64,000 nucleotides of DNA, from NCBI RefSeq assembly GCF_006345805.1, contig NC_043006.1, forward strand, positions 35,402,001 through 35,466,000. Direction: 5' to 3'. Positions 25,097 to 38,344 of this stretch are shown here, one piece after another. The DNA is from Octopus sinensis. Taxonomy: Eukaryota. The stretch's first letter is position 1, and every line of letters starts with the position of its first letter. A program made the translations under genes and the position numbers. Below the pieces are notes generated by a model. The model was given only the letters and a program-made list of their open reading frames with translations. It was not told the origin of the DNA and ran no database searches.

Positions 25097-25559
25097 GTTA
25101 CCTCCCTCCCTTATCCGTTTCTCTCTAACCCTCCTCTCTCCCTCTCTTGCCTCTTTCATTTGCTTCTCTCTCTTTCTATCTCTTTCATTCCTCTCATTAT
25201 TTCTTCTTGCATCTCTCCTTCACACTTTCCTTCTTACTCTTCATGTCATCAATCTTCCTTTCTTTCAAGTCTCTAAACACCTATTCCTACTCCAACTCTC
25301 AAGACCTCCTCCTACTCCATTACTTCTTCTACTCCAAATCTATTTCCCCCTCACTTCTCCTCTTTAATGCTATCTCTTTCATCCATCTTCATGCTAACGT
25401 ACTGATTCACCTCCCACCTCTCTCCCTCTCTCTATCTCTATCTCTCTCGTCTCTCGTTCATCGTACTACGTCCTTCCTTAAATGTTTCCTTTTATGCAAC
25501 ACAATTGCTATATTACCTACTGCTCTGATTATTAACTGCACTAGCAGCAGCAACAACAA

Positions 25560-25621
25560 CACCAGCAGCAGCCAGACTTGTAGTAGTAGTGGTGGTGGTA
25601 GTAGTAGTGGTAATAGTAGTG

Positions 25622-25668
<47 letters not shown>

Positions 25669-25740
25669 GGTAGTAGTAGTAGTGGTGTTGGTGGTGTTAG
25701 TGTGGTGGTGGTGGTGGTAGTAGTAGTAGTAGTAGTCGTA

Positions 25741-25772
<32 letters not shown>

Positions 25773-25797
25773 TAGTAGTAGTAGTAGCAGCAGCAGC

Positions 25798-25833
<36 letters not shown>

Positions 25834-25835
25834 GC
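25560..25835 (+). repeat. Compound (TAG)n/(TGG)n microsatellite
   Basis: Direct reading. Confidence 0.95.
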
Positions 25836-26699
25836 TGTGCTGTGCTGCTTGTGGTAGCTGCGATAGCTGTAGTAGGAAGGTGATTTATAGTATTGGATAA
25901 TGGCTTGAGTGGTGACTACGATGGTGAGAAAAGAGATTTGCTAACCATCATTTTATTAGTAGTGTTAGGTTAATAAATAGTGCGTTGACAGTTTTTCTGT
26001 TGTTTGATTTTTGGATTTTTGTTTATTCATATTTCTAAATATTTGGCTGAAATGAAAGTCGCATTGCGTGAGCACTTCATAGACCCTTCCAAAATAATGA
26101 GAGTGACTAAGGTAAGTGATGTTCGGGTAGGGAGACCATATTGGGAGATTGGTAAACCCGAAGTCTAGCAGTGGTACACACAATATGGAACTTGGGACGA
26201 GTGAATTGGGTCGGAATGGAGATGGCATAATTTAACTAATTATGAGGAGCAGAGGCCAGTTTCCAAGGGACGAAACGATAGAGAGATGAGACAACATATC
26301 TCTGAGCCCGGTTATTATATGTTCATGAGTGACTTCAAATAGATAAGTGACACAGCTTCTCTTTTCGTGAGGTGGCACATTATAATATGTGCTTAATGCA
26401 GTGCTATCATAAATGTGCAAGCTGTATTCCACTACTTGTACCGCTACATCTTTGTATACGATGAGTCAATACGGTTTAGACTGGGCTATTTCAGTAGTAG
26501 TAGGAATAATAGTAGCAGTGGTGGTGGTTGTCGTGGTTGCAAAAGGAGGTGGTGAAAGGTGATGAAAGGTGCTGTTGGTGGTGATGGAAATTGTATAAGT
26601 TGTAGATGTAGCGGAGTTGGCATAGAGAAGGTAGCAGCAATATTGATAGCAACAAGATTAGTAGAAACTGCAATTGCATCTCAGGAACAGCAGCATCAG

Positions 26700-27290
26700 T
26701 AGTTGTATCAAAAGTGGTCGGTATTTTCATATAAATCTCCTTTCTTGTTAACGTGTTACTGATGTGATGTGCCATCGGCCATCTGATACCAACAATGCTG
26801 TCCATATGTTTATTGACTTCTATTTGCCTGGATTTCAGTAATTGAATCTGTGTGCTATGCAAAGTCATGCGTTGCCTTCATAACATCCCGGTCTTCCCGA
26901 TGTAGTACTCCCCGCTTCATGGGAATGTTATAATATAAACTGGACTTTAAGACGCACATGTAAAGTTCCTTTTTATTCATATTCAAGAGTTTCCCCTTGT
27001 TTAAAACAGATCTCCGATCCTTCTAGCAGATTAAAACATAGACCATAGCTGGATTTTCCGCATTTTATTTATTCTTTAGTCTGATGCTTTTTGTGTGAAG
27101 TTTGGTCTTTGTGAATATAATTTTCATTGATTTACGTTGTCTTTTGCTTTTAATGATTGTATGTGCTTGAATAATTCGCTTCATTCGGGAGTTCTTTGTC
27201 AATGCTGGTATGTTTTTAATATAGTGCTGTACGCCTCATTGATCTTGGCGTTGTGATTGGAAAGATAAGGCAAAACTTACAACACTAGTA
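26700..27290 (-). mobile_element. Penelope-like element 3' remnant with GIY-YIG endonuclease
   Basis: Minus strand in order: LPYLSNHN, IIKSKRQ, CGKSSYGLCFNLLEG, GEYYIGKTG (YYIGKTG at 26887-26907), RQRMTLH, RKEIY. This is the order of the PLE thumb, Cys motif and GIY-YIG domain. Confidence 0.75.
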
Positions 27291-27464
27291 TGTTTTTGGT
27301 TTTTTTTGCCTTAGTGCCTGGACATTAAATTTCTTGGCTCGTTGCATTTCTTGTTGCACAAATGGGAGTTGATTATGGCTATGTTCCATGATGTATTTTG
27401 TGTACACCCACTAACTCACTCACTCACACACTCACACACACATACGCATATATATTTATATATA

Positions 27465-28002
27465 CAAGGTGCGATAGGTAAATCGTCGCCGTTTTATATT
27501 TTTATTTCGTGCAAGCACACTGTTTTTGATTTTGTCGAATACACAGTATAGTAGGGTCGATTGAGCACCGTCTTTGAGAAGAACAGCATCATGACACAAG
27601 TCACTCTGCCAGTAATTTGGAAACGACATGTTGTACTGCTTGGGATTCGTGCCGGAAGCTCCAATACGAACATTTCAGTTTGTTTAGGTGTTAATCTGAG
27701 GACAGTGCAAAGGATTCGGAAAGAGTTGGATGAATCTAGTGGTGATTACGAAGGTAAGAAAATAACACCTGAATTTGTTGCTGAAATCCAGGCCACGATT
27801 GACAAATATCCCTCCAAGTTAATCAGGTCCATCATCTGGGACACAGGAGTGTCTGAGTTCCTTATCAGGCAGGTAGGTAATGAAGACCAAGGTCTACTGT
27901 AACAGCAAGTGTCCTTGTTGCACCGCAATACACACTCACATACGGCCGCTTAGATCATTGAAACCATTACGAGATTTGGATTCGATTTGTTGGAACACCC
28001 TG
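27465..28002 (+). mobile_element. Internally deleted Tc1/mariner element
   Basis: TA-CAAGGTG...CACCCTG-TA ends; HTH-like ORF 27561-27902 (LGVNLRTVQRIRKEL...TPEFVAEIQATID). Confidence 0.7.
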
Positions 28003-28241
28003 TATAAAAGCTAGATCGGGCCTTTTCTGACTATCATCTCTCAAACATCCATTACGTGGTTGGCGATTTGCTACTAAGGAGTGGTGCACTAATGCTGTCG
28101 TAGAATCTTTTCTTCGATGGAATAAGGAAGGAAGATTGTGGACTACTGGAAGAAGTGCATCGCAAAGCAAGGAGACTATGTTGAAAAAGGATGTAATTGT
28201 TCAACCCTCTGCCTGTGTTTTAATTAATTACAGAATCAAAA

Positions 28242-28400
28242 ATGCGGTAAGCTGACAGAATCGTTGGTATGCCGGGGAAAATGCTGAACGGCATTTCGTC
28301 CGTAACTACGTTTCGAGTTCAAATTCCGCAAAGTCAACTTTGTTTTTCGTGGTCCTTAAAATAAGTACCAGTTAGGTAACGGAGTAGATCTAATCGATTT
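28242..28400 (+). mobile_element. SINE family C, diverged
   Basis: GCGGTAAGCTGACAGAATCGTTGG head, GAGTTCAAATTCCG B-box-like, AATAAGTACCAGTT core. Confidence 0.75.
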
Positions 28401-28477
28401 ACATCACCCTCGAAATTACTGGTTGACTGCCAAAATTTGAAAGCAAGATACATTTTTCCACACCATCATGTATGTAT

Positions 28478-28511
<34 letters not shown>

Positions 28512-28749
28512 TTTAATTTTGTTTGCAGGAAGGTTTTCTGTTGAGTACGTATATAAAAGTTCCTATGTTATTACGCCAGCTACAGCCTGATGGTACCAAC
28601 TTTCAGTGCCGTTTTTATGGGCTTGTACCGAGCTGTGCCGATATAATGTAGGCTAAAAAAGGTAGTAGTAGTAGTAGTAGTAGAAAGTAGTAGTAGTAGT
28701 AGTAGTAGTAGTAACAACAACAACAATAATTAATGACTATTAACTACAG

Positions 28750-29868
28750 GGCTTACTAGCAGTTGTTAAGCAATTCAGTTATGACATCGGGATGTAATTT
28801 GGCCTTGATTGTGCAAAAGCTAAGTTTATCAGGGGAATAATGATAGAAGCATCCAACATTAATATTGACCAGCGGAATGTCATAAAGGATTTAGAACCAC
28901 CGACGAGTTACAAATACCTAGGGTTATTTGAAGGTAATAGAATCAAGCATTTCAATGATGAGGTAAAAGAGTAGAAACGAATATTATCGTAGAGTAAAGG
29001 CAATGCTCAAGACAGAGCTGAATACAAGAAGCAAGATCGAAGTGATCCATACTTTAGCCATACAAGGCGTAACTTCCATTTTCAATATTATGAACTGGTC
29101 AATTTCTGAAATCTGTAATCATGACAGAAAAATAAGGTAGATATAGAACGACTTTACCTGCCAAGGAAAGAGGGTGGCAGTGCACTTGGAATTAACGATG
29201 AAGATTGCCACAGTTAGCCTAAATACCTACTTGAAAAACTCTGATGGCTGGCTGTTAAAACTTGTTTTAAAGCATGAAAGCAAGAAAACATCATATTCAG
29301 TAACAAATCAGGCAAAGGAATATCTAAATATATTCTAAATCCTACAAATCCCAGAATTATACGTACTGGAAACAAGCACAGAGAAAGTTAAGCGTATGAA
29401 AACCTGCACTAAAACTGCTGCCTTAGATATTCTTACTGATAAATGGCAAGGAAACCCTCTCAATGGCAAATACCCAAAGACAGCTTATAGTACCCATGTT
29501 GACAAAGCCCTTACCCATCAATGGTTAGTGTCTTAAAATCAGAGACAGAAGGGTTTATCATAGCAGCCCAAGACCAATGCCTACCTGCAAGGAGCTACCA
29601 GACTAACATACCAGCACGGTAGTAGCCCAATATGTCATGTATGTAAACAACAAATTGAAACAATCGATCATATTGTCTCCATGTGCAGTTTTTTGTGCCT
29701 AAAGTCTATCTCAACAGACATGATAGAGCAGCACAGTATATTCACTGGGTAATTTGCAAAAACTTAGAACTGCCTGATGATAGAAACTGATGGGGACACA
29801 AATCACCCCCAGTGCTTGGAAATGACCACATCACACTCCTCTGCAACTTCACCCTTCAAACTGACAGA
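28750..29868 (+). mobile_element. Decayed R4/Dong-type LINE fragment between TAG/TAA arrays
   Basis: YKYLG, EYYRRVKAMLKTELN, LKSETEGFIIAAQDQCL, CHVCKQQIETIDHIVSMC, RHDRAAQYIHW. Confidence 0.88.
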
Positions 29869-29881
29869 AATGATGATGATG

Positions 29882-29933
<52 letters not shown>

Positions 29934-30249
29934 TATAGATTGAACTTATAGCTTATGATATTTATAAACGCCATCCATGGATAACTATTATTATTATTAC
30001 TATATATGCATCTACATATATGTGTGTGTGTGCGTGTGTGTGTGTGTGAGACAGAGTGGTGGTAGTGTGTGTGTGTATGTGTGTGTTTGTGTATGTGTAA
30101 TATAAGTTAGTAGGGAAAATAACCTATATTTTTTGTGTAAACTTAATAAGTCCGAGCGCTCCTTAAGTCCTTTTTCTGTCTCCATTTTTCAGTCTCCATT
30201 TTTATTGCTTACAGCCTGCCTTATTCATTTATTTAATTTTCTTCTCCTC

Positions 30250-30720
30250 GAAACTTGTTTCATATTTTACTATCCTCTCAAGTTATTTGCCAACAACTAA
30301 CTTCTCGCAACTCACCTACTCTTTACAATTGCTCTCGAGTTCCTTTCCAACCCCTCTACGCTCTCTCTCTCACTCCTACCAGTACCTCGTCTCTATATAA
30401 ATCAATTCATATGACCTTGTTATTCATTGTTTGCTTTCAACATCTTCGCTTACAGTTCTTCATCTCACATAGTAGACATCCAACTTTTGTTATCACGTCT
30501 CTAACCCTTACATTTCTTTCTTCTGGTGTACAAAACAGTCAGATCAATACTCTTTGCCGAATTAGAACATCATTGCTTGCCCCGGATTCCACTGCATACG
30601 TTTTGGTTTCTTATATATCAATTTATAATGCATCAGTGGTTCTGAACTGGAAGCTAGGTATTCACGAAGAAATTCCACTGGACCGAAATCTTCATGTTTT
30701 ACAAACGTTTCATAGACTCA
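30250..30720 (-). mobile_element. Possible decayed RTE LINE fragment
   Basis: Minus strand only loosely resembles the RTE LYGSETW..T.ED region. Confidence 0.3.
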
Positions 30721-30721
30721 T

Positions 30722-30887
30722 GCGTGCCTATGTGGTAAGAAGTTTGCTTCCCAGCTACTTAATTCCGGTTTCAATCCCCTTGTGTGGCACCTTGTGCAAG
30801 TGTCTTCTACTTTAGTCTCGAGCCGACTAAAGCCTTGTGAGTAGATTTGTTAGACAGAAACTGAAAGAAGCCCCCGTCTTACACATA

Positions 30888-30920
<33 letters not shown>
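30722..30920 (+). mobile_element. SINE family A, 5' half
   Basis: Family head and core to GAAACTGAAAGAAGCCC. Confidence 0.8.
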
Positions 30921-30926
<6 letters not shown>

Positions 30927-31398
30927 GTGTGTGTGTCCTCAAGCACTTACACCGTTAACTAGTCGCAAATAGTTGTTCATGGATCTAACAATATGGACGG
31001 CTCCTGCGTGTGTCCGTCCACGATCAGACAGAACGTAATTTGTCAACAAACAACAATCAGGGAAGCTAAGATTTATTATCACATATCCTTATCTTCCACA
31101 TTTTCGGTGATTGGATTGCGGCCATGCTGGGGCACCACCTTCAATGGTGAGAGGGAGCAAATCGACCCAGTAGTTATTTAACTCTGGTACTTAACCAACA
31201 GGTCTATTTGTAGAACTGCTAAGTCAAATAGAAGTAAACAAACCACCATCGGTTGTCAAATGGCGGTGGTTGTGAACAAAAGTAAAAACGGGTGCACCTG
31301 CGGACACACTCTCACCTTCTCTCTCTAACACACACACATTCTCTCTCTCTCTTTCATACAGAGACATACGACGTGCGTGCACACAATTTCCGTCTACG

Positions 31399-32097
31399 CC
31401 GGAGGTTCTCAAACTTTTTGGGCACATAAACCACATAAACCCCCAGCGCTCCCTCTCCTCTTTTTATGTATAAATAAATATTTTACATTTACATAATTTA
31501 TATATACTATGACTTATTTGGAGTGGCTGTGTGGAGTGGCTGTGCTTACCAACCATATGGTTCCGGGTTCATTCCTACTAGGGGGCACTTTGGGCAAGAG
31601 TCTTCTATCTTCTACTATAGCCTGGGGCTGACCAAAGCCTTGTGAGTGGATTTGGTAGGCGGAAATTGAAAGAAGCCCGTCGTATATACGAATATAGGTG
31701 TCTATGTGTGTGTGTGTGTGTGTGTTTGTGTGTGTGTGTGCGCGTGTGTGTATGTTTGTGTGTCTGTGTTTGTCCCCCCAACATCGCTTGACAACCGATG
31801 CTGGTGTGTTTACGTCCCCGATTGAATAAATACTAGGCTTACAAAGAATAAGTCCTTAGGTCGATTTGCTCGACTAAAGGCTGTGCTCTAGCATGACCAC
31901 AGTCAAACAAGTAGAAGAGTAAATACTAATATAATATTATAATAAATTCATAGAATCCACCAATCCTCTGCCTTCTTCCCAGTGCCTCCCTTTTTCTCTA
32001 CCGCCCCACACCACTCATTTAGTCACCAGTGCCCGCCTGGTTCCACTCAACGCCCACCGGGTGGGGGAGGGCGGTATAACCCACTTTGAGAACATAT
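31399..32097. mobile_element. Possible hAT-type MITE interrupted by a SINE
   Basis: Inverted GTTCTCAAA / TTTGAGAAC near the two ends; similar end at about 62500. Confidence 0.35.
31519..31920 (+). mobile_element. SINE family A
   Basis: Family core and tail with small internal duplications. Confidence 0.85.
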
Positions 32098-32585
32098 GTT
32101 CTACGCAATTCATTAACAAGGCGTCGGAGGGACCGGAGCTTTATTAGAAGACAGTGGGACCGAACCCAAAATAACATGGCTGCAAACAAGCTTCTTCAAC
32201 ACAACCATATCTGCGCTCTTGTTTACACATTACGCAAGTCATCTATTTAATATTTTTTTATCACGTATACACCACGCATTTCTTACTTCTCTTCTGAATA
32301 CATTTTTCATATCATGCATAATTCAGCAGTTTTTTCCAACTTATATCACGTACATCGAAGAAAACTCGTTCTTAGCATGTATATCAAGTATTATTTGAGT
32401 TTATTTTTCCACTTCCTTAGCTTGTTTTTATTATAACAGTATTTTTGTGATGTCAAGTAATGTTGAATGGTCGACGGAGGAGGCACGTCAGGACTCCTTC
32501 AACCTACCTTCTCTGACATCAAGTGAAAAGTAATGACAGCGCAAGTGATTGCACAAGATGATGCGGATGAAGATGAAGAGGAACA

Positions 32586-32651
<66 letters not shown>

Positions 32652-32836
32652 CAAACACATACATACACATACATAGATAGAATCACACTCACACACACAC
32701 ACGCACATATGTATATAACATAATATATTTATATATACGTACATATATAAATATATATATTTATTCATACATATATATTTACATATATATATGTGTGTGT
32801 GTGTAATACATATATACATATTTATATATATAATAC

Positions 32837-32883
<47 letters not shown>

Positions 32884-32948
32884 CTATATGTATATACACA
32901 TATTTATACACATATATACATACGTATATGTATGTTGTATTATGCTTG

Positions 32949-33011
<63 letters not shown>

Positions 33012-33225
33012 GTGTGTGTACGTCTGTGTCAGTGCGTGTATGTGTCGCAGTTCTCTTATGCTAAGAGATTTGCATTTAAAATTATCCATGTTAGTAACTG
33101 CCCACACACCAGAAGATAATATTTATAAAAAATTTTGTAGTCAGTCAGCTCTTGGTTCCAATATCCAGTAGCTCCAATAGAGGATATAAAATATCTGAAT
33201 CATAATAGAACTCTAGATTTTAATA

Positions 33226-33271
<46 letters not shown>

Positions 33272-33272
<1 letters not shown>

Positions 33273-33486
33273 GGTTGATGGTTTGGCATCCTTTTTGTCT
33301 CGGGAGACAATGTAGTTCCGCATAAAATAATCTAGTCCGGCTTTTACATTTCATGTCCTAATACATCTCCTGCTGTGGCTGTGTAGTCGTATCCTGGACA
33401 AACACTCGCTCTGGCAGGTGCCGCAAACGTAGCTAAGACATTGCCTGACATAGTCTCTTAGTGACGTCTTTTCTTGTCTTTCCATT

Positions 33487-33521
<35 letters not shown>

Positions 33522-33622
33522 ACTCGTTTGTGTTCCCTCTTTTACGGTACGTCGCCAATCTACAAGGTTTCTGGCAACTGCTTCCCAGTTGCTAATATTG
33601 ATGTTGCAGGCCTTCATGTCAC
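33272..33622 (-). mobile_element. 3' end of an RTE/BovB-like LINE
   Basis: DMKACNINISNWEAVARNLVDWRRTVKEG...CGTCQSECLSRIRLHSHSRRC stop, then a 3' UTR ending TTGTCTCCCGAGACAAAAAGGATGCCAA. Confidence 0.8.
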
Positions 33623-33648
33623 TTATGTATATATATATTATATATATT

Positions 33649-33967
33649 AGCTCGGGCGCGTGGCTATGGTTAGGGCATTCGCTCATGATCGTAAGGTTGT
33701 GAGTTCGATTCCCGGCGACGCGTTGTGTCCTTGAGCAAGACACTTTATTTCACGTTGCTCCAGTCCACTCAGCTGGCAAAAATGAGTTGTACTTGTATTT
33801 CAAAGGGTCAGCCTTGTCACTCTCTGTGTCACGCTGATTATCCCCGAGAACTACGTTAAGGGTACACGTGTCTGTGGAATGCTCAGCATTTGCACGTTAA
33901 TTCACGAGCAAGCTGTTCCGTTGATCGTATCAGCTGGGACCCTCGTCGTCGTAACCGGCGGAGTCTT
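33649..33967 (+). mobile_element. SINE family B, full length
   Basis: A-box-like TGGCTATGG, B-box GAGTTCGATTCC, core CCTTGAGCAAGACACTTTATTTCACG. Confidence 0.85.
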
Positions 33968-34189
33968 TAAATATATATATATATATACATACATCTGTCT
34001 CTTTCTCTCTCTCTCTCTCTCCTCCTCCCTTATTCCCCTTCTTTCTTTCTTTTTCTCTTCATCCGTCCCCCCTCCCTCCTACGTTTCTCTACATCTCTTA
34101 CCTCCACTCCCCTCGATCTGTCTCTTTCTTCTCCTCCTTTGTCCACCTTCTCTCTCTCCTCATCTGTCCCTTTCTCCTGTCTTTTGTCC

Positions 34190-34660
34190 CCACGTGACCG
34201 CTAGCCACCGCTGGGCGCTCTTATCGTTCCAGCAGTCGTCGAAGCAACACGTTTTTGTTTGTCTCCCGCGGCCATAAGGCACAACTCCATAAGCCAGCCC
34301 CAATTCAACTCGTCCTGTCGAAAGACCCTTGTCCTACGTCCTGGTTTTGTTTTGTATTTTATCCTTACCGTTATTGTTTTTACGTTTTTGTATTCTTATT
34401 CGTGCTTTCCTTATTGTTTTCACGTATTCTGTATTTTTATTCGTGTACATCGTTCGTTTTCCGTCCTTGTGTTGTATACATTCGAAGTTTTCTTCCAAGG
34501 GATCTAATGCGCTTGGCTTAGATTTCCCTTGGGGGCTGCCCAGATCGGAGCAATCTCAAGATTAATCAGCCGAAATTGCGAAGATGATCTGGTTCTTGAC
34601 TGATGACTGAGGGCTTCGAATGTCCCGTCCTGTGGTTCTTGTGTCGTCTCCTTGGTGTTT
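34190..34660. repeat. Unclassified CpG-rich interspersed-repeat-like block
   Basis: Composition is distinct from the flanks and resembles PLE terminal sequence; single copy in window. Confidence 0.3.
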
Positions 34661-35174
34661 CACGTTCTTGTCCCAGTTTGTATTTATTTTTTACTGTTTA
34701 CATACATATACATATATATATATATATGTGTGTGTGTATGTATGTGTGTAAATATATACACACACATACACACCTTATGCATGTATGTCATTATTCAATT
34801 TTATTTCAAGATTTCTGGCCAGTAGAGAAAGACCCGGTTTCCTACCAAGATACGTGGCTTCTTCATTAGAATTTCAACATCAATAGGGTAGTCTTACATG
34901 CATGCATTTGTACAGTATTATATATATGCAGTATATATGCGTATGTATATATGTATATATGTACGCATGTATGTATTTTGCCGGATCCTATTTTCTCGCA
35001 TCCCCAAAGATTAATGTCTCAGTCGACCTCGGTTTGCAAACTGTATAGTAATATGATGTTTGGTGAGTGTAAACACGTAGACGCGTATATACACCTACAT
35101 GCACACTTATACAACAGAGCCACACACACACAAACACACATGCGCACACGCACACACACACACAAACACATATA

Positions 35175-35330
35175 AGCGTAGGCATGACTGTGTGGTCAGA
35201 AGTTTGCTCCTTGTCCACATGGCTCCAGATTCACTTCCGTTGCATGGCATCTTGGACGATTGCCTTCTGCTCTAGTTCAAGTCGACTGCGAGTGGATTTG
35301 ATAAACGGAAACTGAAAGAAGCCCGTCGAG
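35175..35330 (+). mobile_element. SINE family A, diverged 5' part
   Basis: Head and GGAAACTGAAAGAAGCCCGTCG. Confidence 0.7.
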
Positions 35331-35470
35331 TATATATAAAAGAAGCAGCACATATGTTAGCACACAGCAACCTCCTAAGCAGATATGAGTAGCATACGTG
35401 AAACGGTATTAAGGAAGGATAAGAAAATATTAGATTTATAAGTCCTAAAATTCACTCCAAAATTGCCCTC

Positions 35471-35736
35471 GGGCAGATGACATAGTGGTTAAGAGTGCGT
35501 GCTACTAATCCAAGATTCCGAGTTCGATTCTAGGCAGTGACCTGAATACTAATAGTCATAACATCGAAATATACCTTAGGAATGAGAACCCAGTTTCGAA
35601 ATTTCCCCAAAACTCCTGATGAAGGCTGGAGGGTATATCAGCCTAAACGTTGTTTTATCAACAAGCAAGATGAGAACAAATGTCTGTCAAATGTAAATAA
35701 TGTACATATTTCCTCATCTCTTAACTATAGAACTGT
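35471..35736 (+). mobile_element. Uninterrupted tRNA-head plus hammerhead element, copy 2
   Basis: A-box TGACATAGTGG, B-box GTTCGATTC, short decayed TAA linker, CCTGATGAAGGCTGGAGGGTATATCAGCCTAAACG (G12 changed to T), tail. Confidence 0.88.
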
Positions 35737-35799
35737 TTATATTTTTATTTCCATTTTTAAAATTATATAAGAAAAAGGGTACTGAATATTAGCAAATTT

Positions 35800-37000
35800 T
35801 GAAACATAACAAAGAATTAATATGTTTTGTTAGATAAAATAAATCAAAGCTGAAGGTTCTCCTTCTTTTTACAAACATCATAAAGATCTTGAAGGCGCTT
35901 GATTGTTCGTTCTGCACTCTGATTTATTCTGGGAATTTCTAGTCTTTATAGTTCTCGACTCTGTTTTTTACAGTTTTTTACAGAGCTCAATGATTTTTTT
36001 ATGAACTTGCAGGCTACCACATAATTTCTGAGTACGTATTGAACATTTGATTAGTAAACCAAAACTCTGCCCAGCAGTAAGAGCTGAATCAACAAACATT
36101 GAGAAGCAAAACTCTTTTCTCTGGTAGAAGAATAAATGCGAAAAGAGCTAGTATTGCTCGAGAATTCCATCTTGCATTATTTAAGCTGTGTATTTTTTAA
36201 AACTTTACAGTAGGAAATTGGCTGGTTTCTTCAAAGAAACGAAAATCTCCGGTCAAATGAAATAAAAACTTCATGTCATCTCGCCATCTTGCTGATTCAA
36301 TAATCTTTTCTTCACCATTGTTGAAATGAGCCTGGAGTTTCTGGTAATTACTTAGCAGCTCTGATAGGAATATATATTCAATATTAAGAGATGATTTTTT
36401 TCTCCAAGTTCGTTATCCATTGCAACACGAAGAGCTCTATCAAGGTCATGATGCTGACAACGAATAAATTGCGGTTCTTTCAAACCCTTTTGTGTAAGCA
36501 ATCTTTGCAACTGAACGGCAATGCAATTTCTTTTCCCAGTGTTCACACTCGTTGTATCAGCGACAAACATATTTACACAGTTCCATAAATTGTATTCATC
36601 TAAAACATCTGTTATTCCTTTCCCAACAGTATCAGCTTTTCTCTTCGATGATTGGAGTAATTCTAGCTTAAGTTCTTACTGTTCATTCTTTAAAACTAGC
36701 ACTTGGTATTCTTGGTCATCAAAACCTATTCTTTGTCATCAAAATACAATAAATATGTTTTCTAAATGTAGTGTTTTTCTTCTAGTTTTGGTAATCGATC
36801 TGTTATATACCAGATTGGGAAGGATCTTCGACATAGATTCCATTTTGAGATAATAGTCGACAACTGTTGCTGCTTTTGGGGTTGATAGCACGGAAGATAT
36901 TACTAACTTGGTTGCAGTTCCAGTTTTTCTATACATCCTCCTTGTTTATGAGGACTTTTCATCTGACTTTTCGGAATCTTAATACCCACTTTCAGCCTCA
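35800..37000 (-). mobile_element. Decayed hAT-superfamily transposase
   Basis: ELKLELL...DVLDEYNLWNCVNMFVADTTSVNTGK and CQHH (CxxH motif after the second catalytic D); multiple stops and frameshifts. Confidence 0.65.
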
Positions 37001-37117
37001 GCTTCAGACGTTGACGATGATACTAGAGTTGGTCTGGTTATATAAAATTGTTCATCGTCTTTTAATACAGGAAATTGTTTACTTCCCCACATATCAGATT
37101 CATACCCCTAATATATA

Positions 37118-37241
<124 letters not shown>

Positions 37242-37261
37242 ATTCTATATATATATATCTG

Positions 37262-37314
<53 letters not shown>

Positions 37315-37582
37315 GAATGTATATATGTACGAGTATTTGAGTGTGCTTGGGTGTGTGCGTGCTGTGTGTTTGGGTGTGTGTAAATGTGTATTTGTGTATC
37401 TTGTGTACACATAAATTTAGGGTGGTTGCGCTGCATAGTGGTTTTTGACCATAGACGCAATTGTTCCAAGTTGGCTTGGGCGTTACGTAACAACGCAACA
37501 TCAAACACAACGAACAATATCATTAACTCGTTTAGGAATGTTAAGAAATTTCGCCAAATGTAGCATACACACACTCGCACAT

Positions 37583-37728
<146 letters not shown>

Positions 37729-38019
37729 GCCTGCTATTATTGGTTGGTGAAAGTCTTGAATCATTTCTGAAATACAACACATATTTGGAACCTCACAACG
37801 CAATAATCCGTTCTGTTGTATTAATTGCTTTAGCAGTGATGTATTTGTAATCGATGACAGCAAATTGTATTTCTTTCTACTTCATTAGTCTAGACACACA
37901 TTAAGTCCAATAGTTTAAAATGGAATGAATCAGTGTTCAGAATATTAACGAAAAGTACACGATACATGCTCAATAACTACGAATTCAACAACTAACACAA
38001 ATCAAAATCTTAATGGAAA

Positions 38020-38080
<61 letters not shown>

Positions 38081-38104
38081 GAAGAAGAAGAAGAAGAAGA
38101 AGAA

Positions 38105-38327
38105 TCCTTTCTGGTATAGGCAGAAGACCTGGATTTTGTGGTGAATGAGACGATCGATCGCATCGACCCCAGTGTTTCACTGGTACTTAATTTATCCACC
38201 CCGGAAGGATGAAAGACAAAGTCGACCTCGCAGGAATTTGAACTCAGAACATAGCGACGAGTCGCTATGTTCTGATACCGCTAAACATTTCGTCCAGCGT
38301 GCTAACGATTCTGCCATCTCGCCGCCT
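38105..38327 (-). mobile_element. SINE family C with (TTA)n-ending tail variant
   Basis: Head GGCGGCGAGATGGCAGAATCGTTAGCACG, Meta-like core, tail into the TAA/GAA array at 38022-38103. Confidence 0.8.
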
Positions 38328-38344
38328 TTATAATAATAATATTA

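Noticed and set aside
34598-34630. CUGAUGA...GAAU GUC hammerhead-like string
   Set aside because: GAAU instead of GAAA, weak stem II, no stem I pairing, single copy.
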